DNA from: Cyanophora paradoxa CCMP329
Taxonomy: Eukaryota; Plantae; Glaucophyta
NCBI GenBank assembly: GCA_004431415.1
Contig: QPMI01000609.1
Location: forward strand, 62,001-126,000
Reading direction: 5' to 3'
Length of the DNA: 64,000 bases
The notes under the pieces were generated by a model. The model was not told the DNA's origin. It worked only from the letters and a program-made list of their open reading frames with translations, and ran no database searches. This document shows positions 23,051 through 36,019 of the stretch, piece by piece (the first letter of the stretch is position 1; each line of letters starts with the position of its first letter). The position numbers and the translations under genes are program-made.

Positions 23051-23961
23051 CACAGGGATTTTACAGTGAAACGACATTGACGAAAGCCTGGGCCAAATCG
23101 GATATCCATGGCGCCCCCGACAGGGAGGGAAGGGGGAAGGGGAAGGCGCGCCCTATCCGGCACGCCCGGGGCCCTTAGATCTACGTGAGCGCCTGCGATC
23201 GAAACGAAGCTGGCGTTTGCTAGCTGCTGTTAGCTGCCGACTAGCTAGACGGCAGCATCACGCGCGGGCCGCCGGCCTCGGAGCGCCCGGAGGGAAGAGG
23301 GCAGCGCGGGAGGTAGGGGGGGGAATTCTGAGCCGGGGGGGAGGGGGAGGGAGTTACGGGCGCACGAGCTCGGGGGCGATGCATGGTGGTCGACGCGACG
23401 ACGCGAGCGAGAGCCGGCCGAAGCGCTGGTTAGCTTTCCTTGGGGAAGGGGGGGGGGGGGAGAAAGGGGGTAGGGGGGAGGAAGGGGGGGTTGGGGGAGG
23501 AAGGAGGGAGAGGCGCACGGACGGGGGCGTCGGCTCGTGGCGGTGCGCCTGGCGTGAGAGCGCAGCGCTGGCGGCACCTGGCCCGGGCGGGAGGGCGCAT
23601 GCACTGGAATACAGGGTCAGGGCGCTGGAGGCGCAGCTGAGGGAAGCGAATGCGCCGCTCCGGGAGCACTGCGGCAGCAGCGCCTGCATGCGGAGCGCCT
23701 GTGGCGCACGCCCACCCCGCCAGCCGCTGAGCACTGCGGCCGGCGCGTTCAACGGTTGAAGCGCCACAACATGGCTCGACATGCCGCAGTGCGCACTGCG
23801 GCAGGCATCTGGGCGATCGGAGCGGGAGCGCACGGGCGCACCGGCGGCGGGTGAAGAAGTCGAGGTCAGCTTGGCAGGGGGTCCGACGGTTAGCTTCGAG
23901 GCTCCGAGGCTTGCTCCGCCCCTCTCATGACCAGCGCCGGCTTTCGAAGACTCCGAGACTC

Positions 23962-24948
23962 AGGGCCTCTTCAAAGCTCTTCAAAGCTGTTGAAAGCTGG
24001 CTGGTCCGGGTACGCTGCGACACAGGACCTCGGTCGTCAGCAGTTAACTTGGCAATCGGGCCATACTATGATAGCTACGTATATATACACAGCACAATCC
24101 CGCAGTTCTAACCTGTGAGGCCTGGCCGATGGCAACCAGCTCGAAAGACCACGCGAGCCGACTGCAACCCAGCGCGATCGTCGGCCAGCTCACCGCCTCT
24201 CGCGCGGCCGAACAGCTGCAGCCGGCAAGCGACAGAGACAGCTGCCGCGCACCGTGCAGCTCGCCGGAGCGTCAGTGCCGTTGAACCACATTCTGGTCGT
24301 TCCGGAGGGGTCATTCAATGACCTCCCAGCTAAAGCCTACGGCTGCAGAAACCGATTCAGCTGCGGCCGCGCTACAGGAAGGCCGACGTGTTGGCCTACG
24401 GCAGTTGCAGCAGGAGACGGCGCCAGCCTCTCAATGCAGCTCTATTCGTCACAGAGAGCGTAACGGAGGGCGCGCGGAGAGGCTGGCGGCCCAGGGCCGG
24501 TAGTGCGAGGGGGGGGGACTCCCGGGGGAGGGGGCGAGGGGTACCGCGAGCAGCAGTGCACACGCACCAGGAACGGTGCCGAGCGGCGGCAGCTCGCCAG
24601 CAGCTCCAGCTTCGACGTAGAGCGCGAGCGGGATCTGCTCGAGTCGTAGAAGGTCCGTTTGCCGCCCTCCCTCCTTACGCGGGGCTCCCGGCCTACTGGA
24701 GCGCTGCGCTGGAGCTTCGGGGCCGAGAAAGTGTAAAGATGATCACTATGCGCGTGCTAGAGTGCGCATTCCTTGCCTGCAGAGCTCCTGCGGCCCGAAA
24801 TTCCCTAGACGGGTCCCTCCACGAGCAAGTCGTCGCCGTATTCCCGTGGACCCAGCGCTTCAGATGCTGACGAGAGATTGTTTCCGCAGGTCGACATCAG
24901 GCGATCCTTGCCAGCGGAGCCAAACGTTAGACCGGCCCAGGTTTGCCG
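23962..24948 (+). repeat. ~1-kb direct repeat, copy A
   Basis: Shares long blocks with 30988-31977, e.g. GTGCCGTTGAACCACATTC.GGTCGTTCCGGAGGGGTCATTCAATGACC and AAACGTTAGACCGGCCCAGGTTTGCCG. Confidence 0.85.
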
Positions 24949-25069
24949 ATTTGGGGATAGACGAGCTCCAGTGCCGCCGCCGTAGGATCGATCCGGGCCT
25001 CCTCTCCGCTATAGAAATCGTGTGTGATTGTGCGCTGTCTCATTCCTGATCCTCAGTTATTTCTTCAAG

Positions 25070-28000
25070 ATGAGCATCTATGGCCAGAAGACGTCGCCGC
25101 TTCGGGGAAAGCTCCGAGGCGAGCGTCTTTGGCCCCAAGTTCTCAAAGACCCGGATGACGTTTTCTACACCACGAAAGCGGAACGATGCGCCCTCAACTA
25201 CGCACCGGGCTTCAAATACGTCGAAGTCCTGGGGTGCGGGCGCAAAGACAGGCAAGCTGTTCTGGCGTTTTTGCCCGAACTTGACAAGTGCAGCGACAAC
25301 GAGTACGAGCTCATCAAGACAGGTACTCCGGCTCCGTGCAGATCCCAAATCCCGTTATAAACCCCGCGCAGGTCTGCGGGTTCGTGCTGGGTACGGGACG
25401 GTCGTCGCGAAGACGGACGAAGCCGGCCGGGAGATTGACGAGCAGGTCCTGTGGAGGGCGCCGGTACTTAGCGACGGGCTATTGAAAGCGGGCCTGCCCA
25501 CGCCCACGATCGACTCGCACGGCGTCACGCTCAGCTGCTACACACGGCCGCCGCTGCCCGACCAGCCGATCGGGACGCGGAGGCTGGTCTTCCTACTCCC
25601 GCTCGCCGCCCCCGACGACGAGGAAGGCTCGCTCAACGTCGCATTCTACCTGCACCTCGAGTCCGACACGGGGCGCGAGCCTCTCAGGTTTCCCAGAGGC
25701 GAGAGGGACTTCGTCTTCAAGGTCCGCGCGCCCCGCGTCCTTCGAACCGCAGCGCACCGACTCGTGCTCCGCCGCGCGCGCAGAACCTCTTCAACCCTTT
25801 CGAGGCCCCGCCCTTTCTCTCTTCCTGGCCCGAGGTACGCGCCACGACGCGCATCGCGCAACCTTCCTGCTGACCCCGCATCAGAACCTTCTCGTCCCAG
25901 TCCGACGTCACCCGCTGAACCCCACCTCGCCCCTCTTCGGCGCCGCTGTAAGCATCTCGTCCTCTTTCGTCTGCTCCACGCCCCGACTTGACGCTTCCTC
26001 CGCCGCAGTTCTACCTGGTGCCTGAGAACGCGTCGGATCAAATTCAAATCCAGCAGGAGCGGGTGGCCTCCTCGGCCTCATCGGCCCCCTCCTCCTCGAC
26101 CCTGGGGGACGCCGTCCACAGCGGGCGCGTGGCGATCGCCGCCGGGTCCCAGGTGCGCTGGGGGCGGGCGCTCTGTCCTTGAGTGCGCTCGCCGCCGACG
26201 CGCGCTGCGGCAGGCCGATCGGTCCCCGCTGCCTGCGGCGCGCCCGGGGACACGGGACCTGCCACCCAAGGTGCGCTCGTGCGGGCGGCTCCGTGCTAGC
26301 GCGCTCTCTTACACCGATCTGTGCACGTCACGGCCGCTCAGAGTCCGCGCTTCCCTCTTCGAGAAATGAGCCTGAACTCTCCGATCCGCCCCGTGCGCGA
26401 ATCCGCGCCTCTGATTATATTCCGCGGCCGACGCTTATATTCCAGCAGGCGGCGGCGTCCTCTTCTTCGAGCGGGCAGGAAAACCGCGATCCGGCGGGGA
26501 AAGGCGGGCTCCGGGTGCGCCGTGGGCGCTGGCGACGGGCATGCGGCGCCGGTACTGACGTTCATGCGGCGCAGGAGGGGCCGGCGGACGCGGCGCAGCC
26601 GCCGCCGCCGCCGCCTGCGGACCCCGTGGAGGCGCCGCCGTCGGCGGACGCGGCGCAGCCTCCGCCGCTGCCGCCTGCGGACCCCGTGGAGGCGCCGCCC
26701 GCGGCCGACGCGGCGCAGCCGCCGCCGCCGCCGCCTGCGGACCCCGTGGAGGCGCCGCCGTCGGCGGACGCGGCGCAGCCTCCGCCGCCGCCGCCTGCGG
26801 ACCCCGTGGAGGCGCCGCCCGCGGCCGACGCGGCGCAGCCGCCGCCGCCGCCGCCTGCGGACCCCGTGGAGGCGCCGCCCGCGGCCGACGCGGCGCAGCC
26901 GCCGCCGCCGCCGCCTGCGGACCCCGTGGAGGCGCCGCCCGCGGACGCGGCGCAGCCTCCGCCGCTGCCGCCTGCGGCCGACGCGGCGGCGGCGGCGCCG
27001 CCGCCGGTGGCGGCCCTCGCGGAGGCGGCGGGTGGCGGGTCCAGTCTTGCAGCTCGCGAGGTGTGACTGCCTTCAGCACGCAGTCGCCTCGAGCTGCGCC
27101 GCGCCTGACGCGGCCCCCGGTGCAGATCGCAGGGCCGCCCGAGTCGAAACAGGGGCGCGCCTCCAATGAATCGCGTGTCCTGGCCGTCCCGTCCTGGGCT
27201 GGAAACCGCCTCGGGCCCGCGGTGCTGCGGCTCCCCCGGAGCGTATTCCTTTCGGCATATGCGGTGCGGCTGCGGCTTTGGCTAGCGAAACCATCGGACT
27301 GGGCGTCGTCGCTGACGGCCGAGCGCGCGCCCCTCGCAGGGCCTGCTAGAGTCAAGGCCGGGTAATGTCGAGGAGATCATTTCGCGAGTTCGGGCATCCT
27401 TTTTCGGAGTGCGCGGCTCGCGACCCAAGGTGCCGGCGACTCGCCCGACGCGCCCGACGGCCGCCTCGCCGCGCCTGACCCGTCCGGGCTGCGGTGCAGG
27501 TCTCGGGGGAGCGCGAGGAGGAGCGCGCGCACGCCGCCGCGGCTGCGGAGAGGCCCCTAGCCCTTTGTATTGCTCGTCCGGTGCGGCCGCGATCGGCGTG
27601 GGAGAGACTCGCCCGGCGGCGCCCGGCGGCGATCGGCCCGGCAGAGTGCAGCGCCCTGCAGCTTCTGGCCCTGAGCGCGGTAAGCCCGTGAACTCTGCAA
27701 GTATAGACTGCGCTGGCTGACCGGTATCCACCAGATTGATGTCCCCCGGGACATCGTTCCTTCACCTCTTGCGGCTTTGCCTCCGGTGCGGATTACTTGT
27801 TATGCATGGGCGACTGCCGAACGCGCTCGGCGCTGACCGAGGCGCGCAGGGCCGGCACGGAGCCGAGGACGAACAAAGCACCGACGAGCTTTGGAAGTCC
27901 CTCAAGGGTCAACTCGCAGGCATGACCGAAGCATGCGCGGCGCGGGACTGGCGCGCGAGCGTCGACGAGGCGGAGGAGCGGGCGTCGTCGGCGGAGTCGC

Positions 28001-30814
28001 GGGCGTCGGAGGCGGAGGAGCGGGCCTTCGCGGCCATGGAGACGGCGGAAGCCCGGACGAAGGCGGCCGAGGCGGCCGTCGAGGCGCAGCGCACGGCCGA
28101 GCGGGCGGCCGAGCTCGCGGCGGCGGCGGCGCGAGCAGCGGCGGAGAGGGCCGAGGCGGCCGAGGGCCGGGCGGAGGCGGCCGAGACGCGGAAGGGCAGG
28201 CCACTGCCCGCGTGGAGGCCTTGGAGGCAGAGGCCGAGACCGCCAAGGCTCGCGCGGAGGAGGCGGAGACGCAGCTCGAGCTGGCCCGGCAGGACGCGGC
28301 GCGCATGGTGGAGGCGGCGCGCGAGGAGGCGGACCGCGCGGTCGCCTCTGCGCGCGCCGACGTGGAGCTCGCGGCGGCGGAGCGCGATGCGGCCGCGGCG
28401 GCACGGGCGGCGGCCGAAGCCGATCTGGCAGCGGCCAAGCTGGCTGCGGAGCAGGAGCTCGCTGAGCTTCGCGCCAACGTGGAGCGCGCCGAGTCAAAGA
28501 TGCAGCAGGAGATGGCTCGGGAGCGAAGCCTTCGGAGGGAGGCGGATGAGAAAGTCGCAAGAGCCCGAGCGGCGGGGCGGCCGCGCGCGCGGCGGCCGCG
28601 GCGAGCGCGACGGCGGCGGCGGCAGCGCAAGAAGCGCGGGCTGCAGCGGAGGACCGCGCAAACGCCGCGGAGGCGGCGCGGCTGGAGGCCGTCGAGGCGC
28701 AGCGTACAGCCGAGCGGGAGGCAGAGCGTGCGGCGGCGGTGGAGCGAGCGGCGGTGGAGAGGGCAGAAGAAGCCGACGGCCGGGCAGAGGCGGCCGAGGG
28801 GCGCGCCGAGGTGGCCGAGCGGCGGGCGGACGAGACGGAGGGCGTGGCGGAGGCGGCCAAGACGCGGGAGGAGCAGACCAAGGCCGCGCGGAGGCCTCGG
28901 CGGCGGATGCGGCGGCCGCGCGGCAGCGGGCCGAGGCGGCAGAGAGCCGGGCCAGCGAGGCCGAGGCCCGCGCGGAGGCCTCGGCGGCGGAGGCGGAGCG
29001 CGCCGTGGCAGCGGCGGCGACGGCGGCGGAGGCGGTGGCCGCCGCCCGGCAGCAGGCTTCAGAGGCGTCTGAGAGAGCGGAGGCAGCCGAGCGCGCAGCG
29101 ACGGAGGCCGGGCAGGCTCTTGCACGGAAGACGGAGGAGGCGGCGAAGGCGAGCGAGGAAGCTCTGGCGGCACGCGCTGAGGCCGGGGACCTGGAGGCCC
29201 GGCTGACAGCGGCGAGCACCGTGCGGGACAAGCTGGAGCGGGCCCTCAAGAAGGCGGCGCGCATGCTCGAGCAGGCCACGGACGAGGGGGTCGGCCTGCG
29301 GGTCTTCTTGCTCTCTGCTGTGGCCGTCTCCGCCATCGCATTCTTCTTCATCAGCTTCATGCGGGACGCGGGGGACCAGGTTGGCCGCCCCTTCGGACAG
29401 CATGCGGGGTACAGCGCTCTCCAAGCGCCGGCCCAGAGCGTCTGCCAGGTGATCCCGAGCGTCGGCCCTCTCGGCTGGATCGTCTGATCTGACCCCACCA
29501 TCAGTTTCCGGGCGCCCCGACCTTCCCGGTACCGGTGCCTTCGTCTGTTCTTCCGGTGCGAGGGGCCTGCGGCCGCCGGGCGCTGGCGGAGTGCGCGGCG
29601 CCTCACTGCAGCGCAGGCGCTTGAAGCCGAGCTGCGCCGGGTGCTTTGCGAGAAGGCGGTGCGCCTTCTGGGGCGCCTCCGCGGCCTGCAGGAGTCGCCT
29701 CTGACCGCGCCCTGGGCGCAGGCCGCAGAGCTCGCCATGGAGCAGGCGAAGCAGCAGGCGGCGTCTGCGACCCAGAAGCGCGAGGGCCTCGCGCAGCGCC
29801 TTGCCAGGACGGAGGAGGTGCGCGCGCCGCACGCCCTCTCCGGTCCCCCGCGGCTGACCCGGCTCGCAGCGCGCACAGGGGCAGTCTGAGTACATCCAGG
29901 TACTCCGCAGCGCGGAGGCGCGGCGGGGCGGGGATGCGCGGGGCGCTGACCGGCGGGTGGGGGCAGGAGCTGCAGTCTACGATCGAACATGGCAAAGCGC
30001 ACATCGCAGAGGTCGAGCGCGAGCTTGAGCAGACAAAGCGGCAGGCGGCGTCTGAGACCGAGGTACCTGCCTGCGGGGCGGTCCCCGCGGGGATGCGGGG
30101 CGGGGCGCTGACCGGCGTGCGGGCAGGAGCTGAGCGGGCGCATCGCCAGGCTCGAGAGCGAGAAGAGCGCGCTCAAGGCAGAGAATGAGGTCCGCCGCGC
30201 CTGCTCCGAGCGGGCGGGCCGTCGGTTGACGGCTGCCTGAGCAGGCCCTCAAGGCCAAGCTCAACCAGAGCGACGCGCGCTCCGCCGGGCTCGAGCTTCA
30301 GCTGGACCAGACGAAGCAGCAGTCGGCTTCTGACATGTTGGTGCGCGCCGGCCTGCGGGGCATCCCCCCACGCGGCCTCCGAATCTGGCGCAGGCGCTGG
30401 AGCGCGAGCTGGAACAGACGAAGCAGCAGTTGAAGGTCAGCTGGCTTCTTTTCAGGGACCCAAGCTTTTTTTCGAAGCACTGACTCGCCGAGCTACAGGG
30501 GCAGCAGAAAGCGGTGAAACAACAGGGGGCCGAGATCAAGGTCGGCCTCATCTCGTTTCGTATTCGGTGGGCACTTTGGGAGTACGCTGAGCGCCCCCGC
30601 GTAGTTCTTGAAAGGCGAGCTTCAGAAGAAGGGCGAGGCCAATGCTCAGAATTCGAAGGAGCAAGAGAAAAACACAGTGCGCCCCGAGGCCCTCTCCCCT
30701 CCTGCAAGCTTAAGAGGGGGCCAATTCCAGCAACAGTGGAAGTGGCCATGGGACACTCTCGCAGAGTTCGGCACAGACGCCATCGCGGCGGTCTTCGCTC
30801 AGCTCCCGTTCTGA
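25070..30814 (+). CDS. Multi-exon protein: unknown N-terminal domain, Pro-rich repeat, long Ala/Glu coiled coil; apparent frameshifts at 28.2-28.9 kb
   Basis: Coding exons separated by short GT-AG introns. The AEAAE/RAEAAE-rich region is homologous to 33.2-34.5 kb. The frameshifts may be lesions or assembly errors. Confidence 0.55.
26583..26990 (+). repeat. 60-bp coding minisatellite (ADAAQPPPPPPADPVEAPP(S/A)) x ~6.5
   Basis: Directly visible 60-bp periodicity. Confidence 0.95.
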
Positions 30815-30987
30815 CGCTCAAGGCTCCGTCCCGATGTAGCTAGCTATAGCTGTCCTTATAAATTAGAATGACCGTACCGGCCGCGGGGTCGAACTCAGCG
30901 CTGGCTCTTGCAGTGCAGACTTGAGCGCGGCGTATACGTATACGTACTACGTAGTATCGATATCGCGGTCGATCAGGCGCGCGCGAT

Positions 30988-31977
30988 AGGGCCTCTTCTA
31001 AAGCTCTTGAAAGCTGGCTGGGCCGGGTACGCGACACAGGACCTGGCCCTGTTCTAGCTATAGTACTAGTGTCTTACCTGTGAGGCTCAGCGGCTGGCTG
31101 ATGGCAACTGCAGCAATCTCGAGAGGCCAGGCCATATTCATGGCCACGCGAGCCGAGAGCGAAGATCAGCTACAGCAACCCAGCGTGATCGTCGGTCAAT
31201 CCATTGCTGCAATCATGACCGAACTGCCGCAGTGCTGCAGCCATCTAGCGATAGAGAAGCTGCCGCACAATACGGAGCTCGCCAGGGCGTAGTGCCGTTG
31301 AACCACATTCCGGTCGTTCCGGAGGGGTCATTCAATGACCGCACAGCTAGAGCCTACGGCTGGAGAACTTCGGAAGCCGATTCAGCTGCGGCCGCGCTAC
31401 AGGAAGGCGAAGTGTCGAGCGGGGGCAGTTGCAGCAGGAGACAGCGCCAGCCTCTCGTTGCAGCTCTATTCGTCACAGAGAGCGTATCGGACGGCGCGCG
31501 GAGAGCCTGGTGGCCCAGGGCCGGCAGCCGGAGGGGGGGGAGCCAGGGGTACAGCAAGCAGCAGTTGTACGCGCACCAGTGGCGGTGCCGGGCGACGGCA
31601 GCTCGCCAGCTTCTCTAGCATCGACGTAGAGCGCGAGCGGGATCTGCTCGAGTCGGATAAGGTCCGTCCGCCGCTCTCCCCTCCTTACGCGGGGCTTCCG
31701 GCCTACCAGAGCGCTGCGCCGGAGCCTTAGGCCCGAGGAAGTGCATAGATGATCACTATGCGCGTGCTAGAGTACGCAAGCCTTGCCTGCAGAGCTCCTG
31801 CGGCCGGTGCTCGCGCGAGGTCCCGAAGTTCCCTAGACGGGTCCCTTCACGAGCGAGTCGTCGCGGTATTCGCGTGCGCCCAGCGCTTCAGATGCTGACG
31901 ATAAATCGTTTTCGCAGGTCAACAGCAGGCGTACCTCGCCAGCGGAACCAAACGTTAGACCGGCCCAGGTTTGCCGT
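30988..31977 (+). repeat. ~1-kb direct repeat, copy B
   Basis: Homologous to 23962-24948. Confidence 0.85.
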
Positions 31978-32299
31978 TTCTCGTTTCGGCACTGCGGCAG
32001 GCCCGAGCGCTAGAACGGCCTCCGAACCACATGACTAGTGTCTAGTGCTAGCTATCCCGGCCGTCTAGCTATCCCACTATGTGAAGCACTGGCCGGCTAG
32101 CTATCCACCCTTGGTGGCTATCCTAGTGCTCGATATCCTGCACTGGCCGGCCTTGTGCTTTCCAGGGACGGGCCCTGTTTTTGAAAACGATTTGAACTGA
32201 TCTTGACGTTCGGTTTCAGGTCTCTGCGGCGCGTTGAGCTTCTATGCCGGTGAGGCGCTCACGCGTGGTCGTTTCCGGCCCCCGCTAACTTTTTGTGTC

Positions 32300-34822
32300 A
32301 GATCGACGTCAATGGCTCCCCGGACAACCTCCTCGGCCGTCTCGCAGCCCTTCCCGATCACCCATACATGCGATACTTTTTGAGAATTCTCGAGACATTC
32401 GCAACGGCCGGCGTCTCTAGAGCTCTCTTCGGCGCAAGCTGGCCCGGTTTCGTGCGTTTTTCGTGCATGTCCTTGAAGCACGCGCGTACAAATTCTTCGC
32501 GCGTAGGTTGCTATAGTGGCTCAACATGTCGCTGAGGCGTATCCGGGAGACAGCTGCGCAGAGGTGTGCAATCCAGTGTGCCCTCCGTGGATCTGCGACG
32601 ATTCTGCGCTGACTCGTTCTGCCGAGTGCAGCCTCTTCTAGCCGTGCTGGACGGAATAGAAGAGGAGATCCAGGCGCTCAGAGTCATGGGCGTCGCGTGC
32701 GCCGGCGACCCCGAGCTCGGGGCGGGCTGGGAGGAGACCCTAGGAGGGCAAGTCGGGGTCATCCTCTCCGCCCTACGCGCCGGTTGTCAGGAGATGCGAG
32801 AGGTTCGGACTCTCTAAACACGTGCCCGGCGGTCTGCGACCCCCCTGACGGTCCGGCGCAGGACCGCGGGGAGATCGAGCAGATAGTCGCCGCTCTCGAG
32901 CAAGGTCTGCGGGCCGGCGGGCTGCAGCTGGGACCGGCGGACGAGGAGGAGGGGGAGGAGGAGGAGGAGGCCCCTGCCGAGTCCGTACGACGTCCGCTTC
33001 GGAAGCGTCTGAGGGTCGCAGTCAAAGAGGTGAAGAAGATGAGCTTTCCTCTCCCCGTGCCCTCGTCGACTCCGTACGCAGGTTATCGAGGGGGGTGCCC
33101 AGGAGCTGGCCCTACAAGAGGATGACTTCAGCCGTGCTCTCGCGAACGAGAAGGAGGAGTCTGCGCGGGCGATGGCAGAGGCGGCGATGGAGCGCGCGCG
33201 TAGGGAGGAGGCGGAGCGGACAGCCGCAGCGGCGGAGGCGGCCGCGCGCGCGGCGGCAGAAGCAGCAGCGGCGGCGGGAGACGCGCGGGCGGCGGCGGAG
33301 GCCCGGGCGAACGCGGCGGAGGCCCGGACGAACGCGGCGGAGGCCCGGGCGAACGCGGCGGAGGAGGCGCGGCTGGAGGCCGTCGAGGCGCGGCGGATGG
33401 CCGAGCGAGAGGCAGAGCGCACGGCGGCGGCGGAGCGAGCAGCCGCGGACAAGGCAGAAGAAGCTGAGGACCGGGCGGAGGCGGCCAAGGGGCGCGCCGA
33501 GGTGGCAGTGCAGCTGGCGAACCTGGCGGAGGGCGCGGCGAATGCGGCCAACGCCCGCGCGGAGGCCGCGGAGCAGGCGCTGCAGCGGATGACAGAGGAG
33601 GCGGCGGCGGAGCGCCAGCGGGGCGCCGAGGACCTGGCGCAGCTGGAGCAGGGCGTGGAGGGCGCGCTCCGGGAGCAGAAGGAGGCGGCGGACCTCGAGC
33701 TCGCGTCGACTCTGGCGGAGGCGGCGCAGCAAGCCGCCTCGGTCCGGGAGGAGGCGGGGCGGAAGATCGCGTCGGCCCGGGCCGAGGAGGCGGCAGCATG
33801 GGCGGCGGTGGCGGCGGAGCGCCAGCGGGGCGCCGAGGACCTGGCGCAGCTGGAGCAGGGCGTGGAGGGCGCGCTCCGGGAGCAGAAGGAGGCGGCGGAA
33901 CTCGAGCTCGCGTCGACTCTGGCGGAGGCGGCGCAGCAAGCCGCCTCGGTCCGGGAGGAGGCGGGGCGGAAGATCGCGTCGGCCCGGGCCGAGGAGGCGG
34001 CAGCGCGGGCGGCGGCGGCGGCCGCGGCGGAGGCGGCGCAGGAAGCGCGGGCGGCAGCGGAGGCCCGGGCGAACGCAGCGGAGGCCCGAGCAAACGCGGC
34101 GGAGGCCGCGCGGCGGGAGGCCGTCGAGGCGCAGCGCGCAGCCGAACGGGCGGCCGAGCGCGCGGCGGTGGCCGAGCGAGCAGCCGTGGAGAGGGCAGAA
34201 GAAGCCGAGGACCGGGCGGAATCGGCCCTGGAGCGCGCCGAGGCGGCCGAGCGGCGGGCGTACCTGGCAGAGGGCGCGGCGAATGCGGCCGAGGAGCGGG
34301 AGAGGCGCGCCAAAGTCCGTGCGGAGGCCTCGGCGGCGGAGGCGGAGGCCGCGCGGCAGCGGGCCGAGGCGGCGGAGAGCCGGGCCAGCGACGCAGAGGC
34401 CCGCGCGGAGGCGTCGGCCGCGGAGGCGGAGGCCGCGGGGCAGCGGGCCGCGGCTGCCGAGGCGGCGGCGGCTGAGGCGCGCCGGGAGGCGGATGGCTTG
34501 AAGGAGGAGCTTGCGGAGCGGCAACGGCGGCGCCAGCTAGGCGACTCGGATTCGGGCTCAGACTCGGATGTCGACTCGGACTGGGACTCGGAGTCCTCCG
34601 CCGCCGCCGAGGGCGAGCAAGCGCAGCCTGACCCCCTCGCGGAGGTGGAGGAGGCTCAGAGACAAGCTTTCGAGGATGGCCAGGGGCCAGCTGACCACGT
34701 CGAGCCCTTCGACTTCCTGGAGCCTGACCAGTACGAGGTGCGGGTCGGCTTCGTGCGAGCGGCCTGTGGCCTGCTTGAAGCTGACGGGGTCTTGACGTAG
34801 GGCGGCGCGGGGGACAATTACT

Positions 34823-34874
<52 letters not shown>

Positions 34875-35890
34875 TAGAGTGAGCGGCTCTTTTTTATCGG
34901 AATCTTTTGTCTACCCATCTTGAGCATCGCCGCCTGCAGATTTCCGACGAGGGAGAGAATAGGGGAGAGGTTCCGGCGTTGGCGCCGGGCGCGGCGCCGG
35001 CCCCCGCGCCGGACGAGGCGCCGGCGCTGTCCCATAGGTCGGCCATGGAGATCGCGTACTGGCTCGGCGATCTTCCGTCGGCTCTCCAGCTTGCGCCCCA
35101 GCTTGCGCCTGCCACAGCGACGTCTCAGCGGAAGCTGTCTCCCCAGCAGATTCCCAGTGCACAGGCAGTCCTCGACATGGCGATCGAGGTCGGCCTGTCC
35201 AAGGCGCCCCAGCACGCGGCACGCACCACCCTGGTTGCTGCCATCCACTTGTCGGCCCGGCTCCTTGAGCACTGTGCCGATCGCTTCGACGCGGAACTCT
35301 GGAGAAGGGCTGTCAGTGTGACGACGGACTTCGCCAAGGCCCCGGGGGTCCAGCAGGACGCGACTGTCGAGAAGCACATGCAGATAGATGCTTCAGCTCA
35401 ACCGGCTGATGGTCACCATGGCCAACTTGTATCGGGAAGTGCAAGATCCGCTGCTGGTTGGGGAGACGGTCCTCGGCAAGTCTTGGAAGGTGGGGCGCAA
35501 GATGATCAGGCCAAGCTGCGAAGAAGGCCTCAAGGCTCTGGAAGCGAAGGTCAGTGTTTTCTCATGCAGGTCAGCGGAATGGTCATCGAATAACGACGCC
35601 TTCTGCAGAATGTCGGAGACTCGCGGTTCCGAACTCTCTCGAATCAACTCTGGAGGGCAGGCCTCGTCATCCAAGAGCGGCCCAACCTCGGAAGGGCCAG
35701 CAGCTTTGTGCACAACCCGAAGAAGCACAGCCCTCTCCAGCTGCTCGACGCCCTCGCGCAGTTCCAGCTTTGCAGCCGAAGCCCTGCAGCGTTCGCAGCG
35801 GCCCGCCAAGCGGTTGAGATGGCGGCTGCCACCCACCAGCCAATGCTGGTCTTGCGGGCGAACCTCTTCGATTGCATCTGATAATGCATA
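32300..35890 (+). CDS. Multi-exon Ala/Glu coiled-coil protein with a 69-aa internal duplication, poly-Asp and an unknown C-terminal region; ends uncertain
   Basis: In-frame spliced exons from ~32560 to 35380; 207-bp repeat at 33604/33811; possible frameshift near 35385. Confidence 0.55.
34825..34875 (+). repeat. (GAC)16 GAT microsatellite encoding poly-Asp in a small exon
   Basis: Directly visible; flanked by an acceptor at 34800 and a GTGAG donor. Confidence 0.95.
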
Positions 35891-36019
35891 CAACCACTCC
35901 TCTCCCCCCCCCCCTTCTTCCCCTTCTTCCCCCCCACTTCCCCCCCCCCCCCTCCCGCTGGCCTCCCCTTCCCCCGACCTCCCTTCGCCTTGCGGGCGCG
36001 GATCGGCGCGAACGGAGGG

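Noticed and set aside
26583-26990. Regular repeats as a CRISPR array
   Set aside because: No unique spacers, in-frame coding repeat, eukaryotic context and no cas genes. The same applies to 63.0-63.3 kb.
28190-28900. Programmed frameshifting in the coiled-coil gene
   Set aside because: Several scattered shifts in GC-rich repetitive sequence with no slippery site; decay or assembly error is more likely.
23962-31977. LTR retrotransposon bounded by 1-kb direct repeats
   Set aside because: No TG...CA ends, PBS, RT or integrase; the interior is an intron-rich gene.
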